Assembly: GCF_009914755.1 (NCBI RefSeq)
Contig: NC_060929.1
DNA length: 64,000 nucleotides
Source of the DNA: the human T2T-CHM13v2.0 reference genome, Homo sapiens
Reading direction: 5' to 3' (one strand)
Shown here in pieces: positions 42,974 through 57,448 of the stretch (position 1 is its first letter; the number at the start of each line of letters is the position of its first letter). Under the pieces are notes generated by a model. That model worked only from the letters and a program-made list of their open reading frames with translations. It did no database searches and had not been told where the DNA came from. The position numbers and the translations under genes are program-made.

Positions 42974-43282
42974 TTTTTTTTTTTTCTTTTTTTTTTTTTT
43001 TTGAGACAGGGTCTTACTTTGTCATCCATGCTGGAGTGCAATGGCACAAACACAGCTCACTGCAGCCTTGACCTCCTGGGCTCAAGCAATCCTCCCACCT
43101 CAATCTCCCGAGTAACTGGGACTACAGATGTGTACCACCACACCCAGCTAATCTTAAAATTTTTGTAGAGACAGGGTCTTGCTATGTTGCCCAGTCTGGT
43201 CTCGAACTCCTGGCCTTAAGTGATCCTTCTGCCTCGGCCTCCCAAAGGGCTGGGATTACAGGCGTGAGCAACCATGTCCAGC
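42974..43282 (-). mobile_element. AluJ
   Basis: cacagctcactgcagccttgacctcctgggctcaagc. An outer TSD-like agattc flanks the Alu pair. Confidence 0.92.
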
Positions 43283-43383
43283 TTTTAACAAGATTCACGG
43301 TGGATTTTATCGTTTCCACAATGGACAATGATTCCTGTTTGCCTTCTAGCTGAGAAAGTTAGGGGTAGCAAATCATTCTTAAC

Positions 43384-43462
43384 TAGGGTGACCAACTTGT
43401 CCCAGTTTGAGAAATCCTGGATCCCAAATCTCCCCTCAGTCTTCAGGACAGTTGGTCACCCT
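43384..43462. mobile_element. hAT-Blackjack-type MITE (MER81/MER94-like), internally deleted
   Basis: Perfect 13-bp terminal inverted repeat agggtgaccaact (43385-43397) / agttggtcaccct (43450-43462). Confidence 0.75.
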
Positions 43463-45799
43463 TTAACTGCAATGACTTGCCTGATACTCAATCTCCTCCC
43501 CTCCCCTTCCCCAAAGCTCAGCTTCACCTGGGCTCATCCTGGCCCTTCCCCTTGAGGTGCTTTTCCAGCTTGAGAGAACCTCAGAAGAAGGCATAGCGAG
43601 CCCCTGTCCCATCAGGCAGCCTTTCCCAGCGGGGCAGGCAGGGCTTTTCTGAAGCCAAGCAGGGTGCCCCGGGCCTCATTTGCATGGCAATGCCCTTTCA
43701 GCAGTGCAGTGATTTCGTTGCTGGGCTGGTCTCTGAGCTCTGGGAACAAACGGAAAGGTTTGTGTGCGCTTGTGAATGCATGCCATTCTCTTTGCTTTGC
43801 TTTGCTATCTGTCACCTCAAATGGTGAGGGTTAGACAAACAGTTCCTTGAACTGTTTAAAGGAAAACTACCCCTGCCTAAACAAGGCAGACTTGGATTTT
43901 CTCATCCCAGGGATAATGATAAAGAGATTGGACTTTGGCCTGTGAATCCACATTCAGTGCCTATAGAGGGATTGAAAGTGAATTCACTTTTTCTTAAAAG
44001 TGGCCACCAAATTAAATAGAGAAAAGGCTTTGTTTAGGTTTGGGTTTGTGTTTCAGCTCCTCACAAGCCAGGCTTTCATGCATTCTGACTGTCCAGGTCA
44101 GCAACCAGAATGTGCCTGGCTCCACAGCTGGGCCTCTGCACGGCTTGTCTGGCTAAGTCCAGGCGCGCATATTATCCTATCCAAGCATCAGTAGGTATTC
44201 AGAGCAGACAATTAGTTCTTTGAAATCAACTGGAAAGCCAGCATTCCTGTGCTCCAGTGGGGAGGAGGGGGAGAAGAGGGCAACTTTTAGACTATTAAAA
44301 CATCCATCATACAGCCCTTTGCTATCAGGGGCACCTCACAGGAAAGCAAAGGCGACAAAGCAAAGAGTATTAAACAGCTGCTTGTTCGTGATTCTGCTAT
44401 GTCTCTAAAACCTCTCTGGCTCCTGCACTCCAAGCCCCAGTTGAATGGAAGAGAAGTGTCCTGTGCATCAACGTGTTCTTCAGGACACTTGTTCTTCTCT
44501 GCACTGACCAGGAATTTTCAATGCCGCCATGCAAGAATGGCGCTTTACTTAAAGACACTGCATTATGTTAAGCAGACAGTCTGTCATTACTTAGCAGCCA
44601 CACTATACTGTGGATGCAGTCCTGTTGTTTTTATTAAAGGGGTTGTCAGGATCTATAATTCACACATCATTAACCGCTTCATTAAGAAGACAGCAGCCCT
44701 GTGGGCCCTAAACTTGTAGCAGTTTGAAGACAAAGCAAGTAAACACTCTCCTTAACTGAGCCAGAGAGGCGACCCCCACAACCCCCCACTGGTGGGAGTG
44801 TCTGAAGAAGTGCTGTTTTCTAGGAAGAAAGTTTTTTCAAACTCTGGAGCATAAATGTGCAAAACATATTCACTTAAAACTGATTTGATTTAAGTTAAAA
44901 GCATTACTTTGCAATGAGCTGCGCAATCCCACATCATTCATCAAAACCAAGCCATCACGGGCCGCAATGTGTGGTTACTTAAGCATTTTCATATGCCCTA
45001 GACTTTTTTTAATGGAACAAAAAGCAAGACCATGAAATACACAGAAGGGAAAACATCAAAAAATTTGTACATGGCCCATGACATTGGTATTCCTCTAACA
45101 TGGATTTTACTAAGCATCACTTATATAAACAATGGCGCCAAATCCTGTTTTCTTTCATAATGCATGTTTTCTCAGCAGTAGTACTGCAGATCTTGAAATA
45201 CAATATGGGGGCTCTAGTTTCCCAGTGAAATCATATGGTTGGTGTATTTCCTCAAAATAAGCTTGCCATATGGAACCAGCCCTGGAACAGGCCCAGATCA
45301 AACAGAAGTAGCTAAAGATCCTGCACCTCTTGAACCAGCCAACACAGCCAGTGCGAAGACCAGTCAGCCTTAATGATTTCTTTAGAGTCTATGCACTTAG
45401 GTCTCTGTATTGGACTTTCTCTAAAGTTTTTGTTTGAAGAAAGAATTCTGTGACTAAAATGAGTTGGAAATATACCGTGATGGGACTTTCTTGATTTTTT
45501 TTACCCTATCAAAACCTTCCTGTTCTTAATTGCCTTTTTTCTCGGAGCTCTACTAGGTAATTGGCTAAGTAAACCATACTATGCTAAAGCCAATGTAAGG
45601 GATAAAACATAATATGTTTGTGCTTTTCTGGATAACATTTGCATTTATACTTTAGTCTTCAACCTCCTAACCAAAGAGAGTTAAGCATGAATTTTAGGTT
45701 CCATGGCAGGGCTACTTGGCAAAATAGTTTTGCCGTAGGCATGAAGTACAGAAGAGACTTCTCAGTGCTTGAAATCATACCACCCAGCAATCACCAAGA

Positions 45800-45966
45800 C
45801 AATGATTCTCCAAATGTGGTACCCATACCAGCAACATCAGCATTACCTGGGAATTTGCACATTCTTTGGCCACACCCCAGACCTACTCAATCAGAAATTC
45901 TGAGATCTGTGTTTTTAACCAGCCTTCCAAATGATTGTGATGCACGCAAAAGTTTGAGAACCACAG
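45800..45966. mobile_element. MER5A hAT-Charlie relic
   Basis: ccagcaacatcagcattacctgggaa...ccccagacctactcaatcagaaa...gatgcacgcaaaagtttgagaaccac. Confidence 0.85.
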
Positions 45967-45977
45967 ACATAGATTCA

Positions 45978-46390
45978 TGTTCTAAGTTGTGTTACCTAGA
46001 AGCAGAGCCTGAGATGGGGATCCTTATGAAAGTGATTTATTAAGGACCGCCTCTCAGTAGAAATCTGTAAGAAAGGAAGTGGAGCAAAGAAAGGGACAGA
46101 GACAAGCAAGCACGTGATGTAAATTCAGGTGAAGCCTCTCCTTGGCCTGATTCACAGGAAGAGGATTCTAGAGCGCAAACCATGCAGCAGAGTTATCTCC
46201 CTTTGAAGCAAAGGGCTAACCTTTGTCATAAGCCCTTCTTAGTCACTAACTATAGGAAGGACAGAGGCTTCCCCAGTTGATGCCAGTTCTCTGGAGAAGG
46301 GAAAGTGGTTGTCATTAGCAGCCAAAAGTCACATAGCTGTGGGACAGGGGGGCCTGGGTGAGTGCTACTACTACCACCAATATAAAAAGT
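45978..46390 (-). mobile_element. Old ERVL-type LTR (LTR16-like)
   Basis: tgttctaagttgtgttacctagaagcagagcctgagatgggg...aagtgatttatt resembles the reverse-complement LTR16 3' end. Confidence 0.55.
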
Positions 46391-46679
46391 CAGCTTCAGC
46401 AATATACAAGCTCCACTACTTTCACTATGAATCAACTAGAGAATGACTCATCTACGCACTCTCAGTACCCAAGACAGTATTGGTTATGCAAATATGAAGC
46501 AGGAAACGCCTTAAACTCCAATCTGCACTGAACAGCCACCAGAAACCTAATCCACTTCAGTCATCTTTGAGTACTATCAACACTGGAATAAAGCTGATTT
46601 CAGAACCTGAAACCACAAGCCTCATAGTGCAGTGAGAGAACGTTTGAATTACTAGTTCCACACAACATGAGTTTTGGAT

Positions 46680-47092
46680 GCTTGCATATCTAGTCCTCCT
46701 TTTGTAAATAAGAGCACCCTGATTTCCCTTGGGGTACTTAGCCCTTCCCCATTGTGTGCTGATCTTGGTGAAGCTGCAAATCACTGTGCCTGTCTTCTGC
46801 TAGACAAGGTGCAGGCGTGTGGCTCAGTCTGGGTTGACTGATTGCTTTCCTTGTAATTAAAATCTTAATTAGAGTGACACAACTGACTACGGTCAGAGCA
46901 CATTCATAGCAGTGCTTGAGACTTGAAGAAATTCTTCATCAGTTCCTTCTGCCCAGGCCCTCAGAGGGCCTTTTTAAGTGGAATTGTTCTTAATTCCTCT
47001 AGATCCTTCCAGCCCCATATCCTGCCAGTAAATTCTCTTTTGCTTAAGTGAGTGGGTTTTGGTTGCTTGCAACCAAAGAATCCTGGCTGACC
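46680..47092 (+). mobile_element. Old ERVL/MaLR-type LTR (LTR33/LTR16/MLT1-like)
   Basis: 3' end agtaaattctcttttgcttaag...ttgcttgcaaccaaagaatcctggctga. Confidence 0.55.
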
Positions 47093-47305
47093 CTAGTTTC
47101 CAAATTCCTTGAGTTTGATGGTCTATTTTGTTTTAGTGTTATGGTTTTTATTCAGGTAAGAAGAATCCTGTTTCCATTATTTTCACTATGTAACAAACTA
47201 CCTCAAAGCTTCATGGTATAAAATAGCTATTTTAATATGCTTATAGAGTCTGTGGGTCAGGACATAGCAAGGATGGTTTGTGTCTTCTCCAGAATTTTTT
47301 TTTAA

Positions 47306-47472
<167 letters not shown>

Positions 47473-47605
47473 AAGTACATAAAGCTAAAAGGCAACTTTA
47501 TGAACCCAATCACAATTTTAAAGGAATTTCTTCTAATTTCTTTTAATAGGATACACATACATTTAACATAGTATATATGTATGTGACATTTCTTTTTACT
47601 GGTAA

Positions 47606-48413
47606 TGAAACAGGAGAGTTCCCTGATCCCCCTCATAGGACATGTAACAGATCTGTGACTCATCTGTTCCATCACTGCTGCTGCTCAAACTCCTGACTGG
47701 AGGGGGAGTACACAGACAGGCAGGTATAGTAATCAGGGTGAGTGCTGTGGGCTCCAGCCCCGTGTTTGGGGGTGTGCCTGCAGCCCCAGTGTTATAATGC
47801 TCCTTTAGCCTTGCTGTCTACAGAGAGCTTAAGTGTTAACCAGCTCAATGGACCCTCTGCCTTTTCACAAGGGCAGAAGGCCAGTGTGACAGCTTTCTGT
47901 ATCCTGAGCTCTTGCCCAGCATCCTGGAAGAATCAGGTCACACACAGGCTTGAAGGATGAATGAGAGGTTTTATTGAGTGGTGGAGGTGGCTCTCAGTGG
48001 GAAGGATGGGGAGCTGGAAGGGGGAATGGAGTGGGAAGATGATCTTCCCCTGGAGTTTGGCCATCCAGCAGCTAAACTCCCCTCTGACCGCCCCCAGCCA
48101 AACTCCTCTCAGCATTCAGACATGCCTTCCCTTCTCTCTTTCTCTGCCACACCGTTCTGCTGTTCGTCTGCTTGTCTCCTGGTCTCCTTGTCTGCTCATC
48201 TCCTCATCAGCTTCTGGAGCCTGGGGTTTGCAGTTTACATGGGTACAGGATAGGGGGGTGTGGTGGGCCAAAAGGCAACTTTTTGGGCAGAAAACAGAAA
48301 TGCCTGTTCCAAGTCAGGGCCATGGGTCTCCAGGCTTGAGGGTGGGGCCTTTGCTGGGGAACTGCCCTCTTCTACCCAGTATTTCCCTGTCTCCTGTCCA
48401 TATCTCCATATCA
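47606..48413 (-). mobile_element. ERV1 solo LTR of the MER52/LTR27/LTR28 group
   Basis: The reverse complement carries gatatggacaggagacagggaaatactgggtagaagagggcag near its start. Termini are TG...CA with a 4-bp TSD gtaa (47602-47605 / 48414-48417). Confidence 0.85.
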
Positions 48414-49539
48414 GTAACACTCAGAGACCACACGGATTCATGCTCCCCTTTTGCAATAATACCCTGTGCTCCCCACTTTCAACCCTAAGAGTACTTGACT
48501 TTTCAGAGTATGAATAGCAGCTATAGAAGATTCACCTTTGGGATCTTTTAAATACAAAATGTGCTAACATTTAACATAGTTAAGGGAAACATTACATCGT
48601 CCCGAGTCACAAGCTACAATAATCGTGTCAGAAAGCAGAGTTTGCAGTCACTATTCTCCTGTTATTCTTTCTTGTTTCCTCTGAAGCAGAAGTTTTTATC
48701 CTACTGCGGCAGGTAAGCCCAGGGTAGTTCTCTGCCACATAGAAACTGAACATGGCAAGAATGGCTATTCTGTAATTTCAAGAATAAGATTGACTTTGCT
48801 TCTGAATGAAATTTGAATTTAATACATTTGCTTGAAGTAAACCGAATCCAGGCTAAATAAGAATCCATGTTGGAATTTTTTCAGAATGGCCTTCCAGTTT
48901 TCAGAAATGGTCTCAGCATCACCCTCGCAGCATTTCTCTCTGCTCCTTTTTCATTGAGGTGGATTGCAACTGAGTCAAATGAACTGAAGCGGAGCTTTCT
49001 GGGATGTTTACTTCATCTCTCTGACATTTTCACACTCATCCATTTCTTCCTGCTTTTTGGACTTTTATCCTTGAATTTGGTTATTTTGAACTTTAATTTT
49101 TGTCTTTTTTTTCTTTATCCGAACCACCAAGGGTCAATATTGGTTATTGTGGAGACATGCACCTTGTCCCAGAGACAAAGAAGCCTGTGGGAACAATCCC
49201 TGGTCACATCTCCTCAGCTTCTGCTTCGTCACTGTCAGAGTCACTCTAGTCTAGAAGGGAGAGATCAGGAAACCTCTGTAGCATGTTTTATGGGACTGCA
49301 CACAAAGAATGCTAAGTAAAATGGATGATGTTGTATTGTATACTTTGATATTAACCTAAGAGTGCCAGGGAGAACGTAATTGATTGATGATATGCCGAAG
49401 ATCCATTTGAATTGTGCTAAGCTCATTCATTTCAGCTTTGCTGACAATCTGAACAGAATATTTGTTAGCATAAAGTCAGTCTCTGCGTAAATGTAGTGTC
49501 AGCAGTGATATCGTACAGCCTTTTTGAGGCGAAATGTAA

Positions 49540-49924
<385 letters not shown>

Positions 49925-50500
49925 TGACATGGGTAGGTGACTCATACAACTATTTCTTTCTCTTTAATCATGTTGTGGCTGGTCAGTGTTATAGTCTCCA
50001 GGGGGAACTAATAGTCTGAAAAAATATATACACCCATATAGAGAGTTTAGTGATATGGGGAAGGGGGATTCTGATCAGAAAAAAAAAATTACAATAAAAC
50101 GTGGATAACTACTTCACTTTGAGTCTTTTGTATATAGGTCACAAATTATGATACATCCTTGGTATAATTCATCAAAATATGCATGCTACAAAATTGCAGC
50201 TGGTGCAAAGGTATCATTAACCTTCATTTACAAACAATGTGTTCTCTTCTCCCTGAATCACCTCAAGTCATTCTATTTTATTTTCATGAATTGGCCTTTA
50301 ATCTTCCACTGATACATTTATGTTATGCGAAGTCTGACAAGAGGAGATTACTGAAGATTTCCTATTTTTCTTTTACACAGCCTACTGAATGATGACTGTA
50401 TTTGCTCATCAGAAAATCAAGTATGAGAACATTCTAATATTTGCCACTTTGAGGGACGCGTAAAGAGAGATTGGACTACCCCCCATCTTCCCCCAGCATG

Positions 50501-50523
50501 CACACACACACACACACACACAC
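50501..50523. repeat. (CA)n microsatellite
   Basis: About 11 CA units, read directly. Confidence 0.95.
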
Positions 50524-51380
50524 TCTTGCCATTGGCTTCAGTCTTAACCTAGAAACATTATTCCTAGAAAGAAGAGAAATAAACCTAGTGACATTAGTTA
50601 TGTGGCTTTTCGTCTGAGAGAAGTAGCCAGAGAGTGTGTTGTTTCCTGATATAACACTGATTCACCCATTTTTATGTTGTAAACCAAAGTTGAGACAATT
50701 TCTCATAGTGCAGAAAATGTGACTTGATACTCCTAAATATCAGCTAGCAGCTCTGGGCTTAATTGCTGCTGCTTTGGTACTTCTACCGAATATATAGTTA
50801 TGTTGATTTTGAAGTGTTTTCAAGATGCTCAGCAATTGCACAAAGATACTTGATTACAAAAATCAAGGAAGCTATTTCAAACTATAAGTAATAGCAAAAT
50901 GTAACATCTCCTCCTTATACCAATAAGGTAAAGAGTACCTGAAACATGTTTGCACTTTTCAAAGATTTTCAGACCTTGATACTTCCAAGGCTTATTCTAT
51001 AGGGTTTTTGTACTTAATATAATACAATTTTACAAGGCTTAGAGGCAAACTGTTAGAAACATATATTAAGCAGAAAATAGGAATACTTGTATCTTTTTTC
51101 TATGTGTTAGTTTTACCCTCTAACTAGATAGCTCCTTGGCATCTTGAAGTTTAATCTTAATATATATTTTGATGCAACACAAACTACTTATCACAATGTT
51201 ATACTCAAAATTGCTTCTCTGTATTAAGTCCTTGATTGAGTGGATGCTGGTTCTGGCACTTCTGAGAGTAGATGGCATCTAGATCTTTTCCTGCTTCTTT
51301 GCTTTCCTTCCTTACTTTATCTAGTTATTTTCATATATATATATATAATTTTATATATATAATTATATATATATGTATAA

Positions 51381-52130
51381 TTTCAACTTTTATTTTAGAT
51401 TCAGTGGGCACATGCACGGGTTTGTTACATGGGTATATCATACGATGCTGAGGCATGGAGTATGATTGATCCCATCACCCAGCTACTGAGCATAGTACTC
51501 AATTGTTACTTTTTCAGCCTTGCTCCCCTCCCTCGCACCTCTAGTAGTCCCTAGTGTCCATTATTGTCATCTTTGTGTTTATGAGCACCCAATGTTTAGC
51601 TCTTACTTATAAGTGAGAGCACATAGTATTTGACTTTCTGTTCTTGCCTTAATTCACTTAGGACAATGACCTCCAGCTGCATCTATGTTGCTGCAAAGAC
51701 AGACATGATTTCGTCTTTTTTATAGCTACATAGTATTCCATGGTATATACGTACCACATTTTCTTTATTCAATCCACTATTGATGGGCAGCTAGGTTGAT
51801 TCCATATCTTTGCTATTGTGAATAGTACTATGATTAACATATGAGTACATGTGTCTTTTTGGTAGAACAATTTATTTTCTTTCGGATGTACACCCAGTAA
51901 TGGGATTGCTGGGTCAAATAGTAGCTCTGTTTTAAGTTCCTTGAGAAATCGCCAAACTGCTTTCCACAATGTCTGAATTAATTTACATTCCCACCAACAG
52001 TATATAAGCATTCCCTTTCCTCCACAGCCTCGTCCACATCTATTGTTTTTTGACTTTATAGTAGCCTCTCTGACTAGAATGAGATAGTATCTCATTGTGG
52101 TTTTGATTTGCATATCTCTGATAATTAGTT
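51381..52130 (-). mobile_element. 5'-truncated older primate L1 (L1PA15-17/L1PB-like) 3' end with ORF2 C-terminal remnant
   Basis: ORF 51769-52113 (MQIKTTMRYYL...CWWECKL...DPAIPLLG) matches the L1 ORF2p cysteine-rich C-terminus. It is followed by the L1 3' UTR and a (TA)n-converted tail at about 51334-51378. Confidence 0.93.
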
Positions 52131-52454
52131 ATCAAGTGACTTTCAAATTCTTCTTTGAAACTTGGCAGATACATTTATAGGTAGAATGGGTCACTAGAAA
52201 CATTTTCAATAGATGCATACAAGATAATTTTAAAGATGTGGGAAAAAGCTTATAAAATAACCTTAATCAATGGTGCCACAGTGTAAAACTGGACAAGTCT
52301 CTTCATTTGCCAACCCACGGTTACTGAACCACTCAAAACCTGGAGAAACAGCTCAGAGCTCTGCTGAGGAATCATCCATCATTGGACCAACATTGTAATC
52401 TGACCTGAGAAGTGTCAATTATATTTTCTGTCTTACTGGAATTGTTTTTCGACT

Positions 52455-53595
52455 TCCTTTTTAACATTTTTCAAAATTTTAAAAATATACATACAATAAA
52501 ATCATTCTTTTTAATGTAAAATGCTATGACTTTTGACAAATGCATAGAGCCATGTCGCTACCATCACAATGAGGTGACAGAACATTTTCCTGATCTTCTC
52601 TAAAAACCTCCCTTATGCTTCTCCTTTTCAGACAATGTCCTCATCCACCCCTAACTCCTGGCAACCACTGACCTATTCTCCATTTCTATAGTTTTACCTT
52701 TTGGGGAGTGCCATATAAATGGAATCATATAACATGTCACCTTTTAAATCTGGCTTATTTTACTAGCATAGTGCATTTGAGACTCATTTATCTTGTTGCA
52801 TATATCAGTAGTTTACTCCTTTTCACTACTAAGTAGTATGCCATTGTATTGGATGTACTAAAACTTGATTATGCACTTCCCAGTTAAAGAACATTTGTTT
52901 TGTTTTGTTTTCTAGTTTGGAGAAATTATAAATAAAACTGCTATAAGCATTCATGTAGACTTTTTATTTGTTTTTATTTTGTTTTGTTTTTTTTGAGACA
53001 GAGTTTCACTCCCGTTGCACAGGCTGGAGTGCAATGCTACGATCCTGGCTCACCACAATCTCCGCCTCCTGGGTTCAAGCGATTCTCCTGCCTCAGCCTC
53101 CAAGTAGCTGGGATTAGAGGCATGCGCCACCAAGCCTGGCTAATTTTGTATTTTTAGTGGAGATGGGTTTCTTCATGTTGGTCAGGCTGATCTTGAACTC
53201 CCGACCTCAGGTGATCCACCTGCTGTGGACTCCCAAAGTGCTGAGATTATAGGTGTGAGCCACTGTACCCAGCCTTCATGTAGACTTTTTAAAAAATCAT
53301 TTCACTTGGTAAGTATGTAGAAGTGGAATTTCTGCATCATACAGGAAGTGTATGTTTAACTTGATAGGAAATTTACAAACTGTTTTCCAGAGATAAAAAA
53401 ATTTCCAAGATAAAAAAATATTTATCTTGCATTTCCACCAACACTGTGAGAGTTCTAGTTGCTCTGCATTTTTGCCAGTGTTTTTTTTTAATAAATGTGT
53501 AATGTTAGCTTATTGTGGTTTTAATGAACATTTCCCTAATAACTACTGATGCTAAGCATCTTTTTGTGTGTTTACTTGCCATCAGTATATATTGT
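52455..53595 (-). mobile_element. L1M (L1MB/MC-like) 3' fragment, interrupted by an Alu
   Basis: ttttgacaaatgcata, ctggcaaccactga, catataaatggaatcata, tatgtttaactt...aaactgttttccag, cttattgtggttttaat. Confidence 0.8.
52966..53274 (-). mobile_element. AluSp
   Basis: cccgacctcagg and ggtcaggctg. Perfect TSD ttcatgtagacttttt. Confidence 0.94.
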
Positions 53596-55064
53596 ACCAA
53601 GAACAAGCTTAATAAGGGGGAAGCAGAAATGAGAGCGATCCTGTGATCACTGAGGTTGTGAGTATAAACGTGGGTCTTTAATTTCCCATTCTACTTCTCC
53701 TGAAACCTGTCTTCTCTTCTTCTCATCTGTAGATATCCATGAAATTGCCTTTTGGGATTCTTAAATTATCCCTTACTCTGTTACCTGAGTGAACCTTAGG
53801 GAGTTTCTGATCTTTGCCAACAAAACAACTTTAACAGGAATAACTCTGTACCCAGTATGATGGTCTTACTGAATGTGCGTGTGCATGCACAATTTTAAGT
53901 AACACAATGCAGGTAGATGGAGAAAACATGTAATTTCTTTCATCTATGGATGATCTGTTCCTCCCTTCCAGTACTCAGCTATCATTATTTGGGAAAACAT
54001 TAACTAAGTGTCCTGTCAGGTATAACATTTAATCTGATTTTATAAATTAGACTGCTGCTTTAAGTAGTATGGAATAGAAATGCTAATATCTCAAGGTAAG
54101 AGGGGAGAGGTGAAGCTTACTCACCTCAGGGCAGAAAAGCCAAGTCAATTTCTTTCAGTTCTTCGGCCTCCCTTGCGCTTGGAGCAACGACCTCACCCCC
54201 TAGACACTACAGCCCCAAATGCCATTCATAGCATGTATCTGGTGGAGCTGGCAACCTGGTCTCTCAGCTTGGTTGGATAAGCTTGACATTCTAGACTTCT
54301 CTCAGGTCTTACATTTCCCACTGAGCCCCAGCTTGAGCTGTCAGCTCTACATCTTTTGTGACAGAGACACCCCGCCTCCACTCTGGTAACCCCGTTTGAC
54401 AGTCTCCACAGTCACGCTGGGTCCTTCTTTGCTCCACAGGGACCAAGGACTGCTCCAAAAAGATAAACTTGAAGACCTCTCTCTGCCTGAGCTTGCTGTA
54501 CCACCATTTATTTTGCTGTGGCTTCACGTCTGATTGATACACAGTAGCCGGTGTGGCAACCTCCCCCATTCCCAAATGGGCATCAGGTGGAGAAGGTGGG
54601 AAAGACTCCTGTTATTCACCTCACTTTTCTAACTCACAGCGCATATCTGATGTTTTCTCTCTCCCAATTCTCTTTCCTTCTTTTTCCCCCAAACTCCCTG
54701 GACTGGAAGAGTGTTGTAATCTTCCTGACAGGCCCTCTATTAAGAAATTACCTATGGTCTAGTTCACTAAGTGTGGATTTTGACATGCTAAAAAATAAGG
54801 AAACAAAGTAATTTTGAATTATTTTTCTCCAAGAAATATCCTGATTTTCAAGACTATTGACTTGCTGCAAAATCATATCTTTGAATATCAAAAACTGAAT
54901 ATCACTGTGTTCCCTGTCTGCATTCCTGATAGATGGATAGGTGGGTACATTAGGCAGAATAAGGCCAAGGTCAAGTGCTTAGAAAAATAAAAGAAGCCAC
55001 ATCAAACAATTTTAAACTATTATGACCACCACACCCCTCTTACAGGCCCACTTGCATACATGCC

Positions 55065-55066
<2 letters not shown>

Positions 55067-55119
<53 letters not shown>
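55067..55119. repeat. Compound (CA)n(GA)n microsatellite
   Basis: Read directly. Confidence 0.95.
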
Positions 55120-55120
<1 letters not shown>

Positions 55121-55866
55121 AGTAAATACACATATTGAAAATTCCAAAAGACAACACATCAAATTGTCAATTGTGGCCGCCTCTGGGTGGTATGATAATA
55201 GCTGATTGTTTTTTCTTCTTTGTACTTTACAGAATTTTCATGAAATTCAATGATGTGCATTTATTCTTTCTGTAATTAAAAATATTAAGATTTCCAAAAC
55301 TCGACTGAAGTCTTGCTTCATTCAAGAAGCCTGGTCTATTAACTTCCCCATCCTAAATCCTAGTAATTACATTACGTGTTAAACATCCACCTAATATTTA
55401 TTGTGCACTACTTAAATGGCAGTCTCTGTGCTGGGTGCAGCAGATTCAATGCCCAACAAGTCCAGTACACAGGGAGGATATTCAAACCATCAAGCAATCT
55501 TTATGGCCCAGATGACAACTAAACAGAATGGCCCCAGGCCAAAATGCTGGAGCCATGCCTGCAGGGCCTCAGTCTGTCCTTAGTTGCTGAGTCTGTGGGA
55601 AATAGCTGGGGCTCCTGGGGTAGAAGGGACACTGAAGTCATCACCTACTGGTACAGGAGTATTTCAATGTTTTAACAACTGGAACAGTCATACCAGTGTG
55701 TGCTAGCCCTACTCTCACACTCTGCTCTTACAGTGACGTAAACACTTTGCGGTGCTCAATGTGGCAAAAGGGCCAGTAAGGGAGCTAGAAGAACCCAGAG
55801 CATCTGATTGAGATGTCTCTCCTCCTCATTCGCACAACTGCATACCAGTAGATCTAGCATAGTTTT

Positions 55867-56183
55867 GGGGTTTTTTTGTTTGTTTGTTTGTTTGTTTGTT
55901 TGAGATGGAGTTTCGCTCCTGTTGCCCAGGCTGAAGTGCAATGGTGCGGTCTCGGCTCACTGCAACCTCTGCCTCCCCATTTGAAGTGCTTTTCCTGCCT
56001 CAGCCTCCGGAGTAGCTGGATTATAGGCATGCGCCACCACGTCTGGCTAATTTTTTGTATTTTTAGTAGAGACAGGGTTTCTCCGTGTTGGTCAGGCTGA
56101 TCTCCAACTCCCAACCTCAATTGATCTGCCCGCCTCAGCCTCCCAAAGTGCTGGGATTACAGGCGTGAGCCACCCTGCCCGGC
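55867..56183 (-). mobile_element. AluS (Sp-like), (TTTG)n tail
   Basis: ctccgtgttggtcaggctg. TSD catagtttt. Confidence 0.93.
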
Positions 56184-56219
56184 ACCCTGACATAGTTTTT
56201 ATTATGACTAATATATTAC

Positions 56220-56372
56220 TTATAATTATCGTTGATTTACTTGCCTGTCTCCTCCCACCGGATTCTAAAATTCTTAAAAGTGCTGAAAATGTGTTATTTA
56301 TTTAAGTGTCTATCTGGCACAGTACCTGTCACAGGGTAGGCCTTTGAGAAACATTTGTTGAATAAATGAATT
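56220..56372 (+). mobile_element. L2 3' end
   Basis: ttacttgcctgtctcctccc...gcacagtacctgtcacagggtagg...atttgttgaataaatgaat. Confidence 0.75.
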
Positions 56373-57118
56373 AAGTTTTAAGATTATGATTCCCCAAATC
56401 TGAAAGGAGAAACAGTTTTCCAAATGGAGTCCTCTGAGAAATAACCAAAGGATTCTGGATTAGCAATATTTGCTAAGATGCAACAGTTTGTTGGACAGTT
56501 GCTTGGGAAGTAGAAATGGTGCTGAGAGATAGGGCACCAGAAGATGGCAAGAACAGTAGAGAGATAATCAGGGAAGAAGGCAGGGGGAGCAAGTGTGGGG
56601 AAACAAGGGAAAAGAATTGTTCATTGTTGTGTGTGGAGCCACCATTCCACTTCAAAGCTGTACTGGGGATCCAGGGACAGACCCTACTGGAACACACACA
56701 TGCATATGAGCACACACCTGTCCCAAAGGACAGCCTAAGGTGAGTTTTAAATTCTCAGTATGATATCGAAGTCTGGGTGTACTAAACCAAATGCAGTAAA
56801 AGCATATCTGAATACAAGCAAGAAGCCCGTTGCTTGATTAGCCAAGTGACCTTTCCACTTCATTTAGGGCATGGTGAGGAGAAAACTGCACCTAGGAGCT
56901 GTCTGCTGTCCCACACCCCCAGGGTTGGTGCAAGATTTATGTCCTGAGAGTCCTGCATAGCCCACAACAGCCTTATGTCCAGGACCTTTGAAATGCATGG
57001 ATATGTGTCCTGCTTCTGGAACCTGGAAGGAGAGCGTCCTCACTAAGATAGATAAAAGCTGCCAGATTCCATGATTAAAGTCCTTCTCACTAAAGAACTG
57101 TATCAAAGAACTGTTCTT

Positions 57119-57448
<330 letters not shown>

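Noticed and set aside
47961-48488. Longest ORF in the track (175 aa)
   Set aside because: It lies almost entirely antisense within a MER52/LTR27-group solo LTR and has no recognisable domain.
48660-48720. Possible micro-exons (48690-48712 on +; about 61402-61414 on -) and an isolated strong minus-strand donor near 54120
   Set aside because: The lengths do not preserve frame, and such splice-like motifs are expected by chance in 64 kb.
51769-52113. ORF with real protein similarity
   Set aside because: It is the C-terminal remnant of L1 ORF2 in a 5'-truncated element, so it is not a functional CDS.
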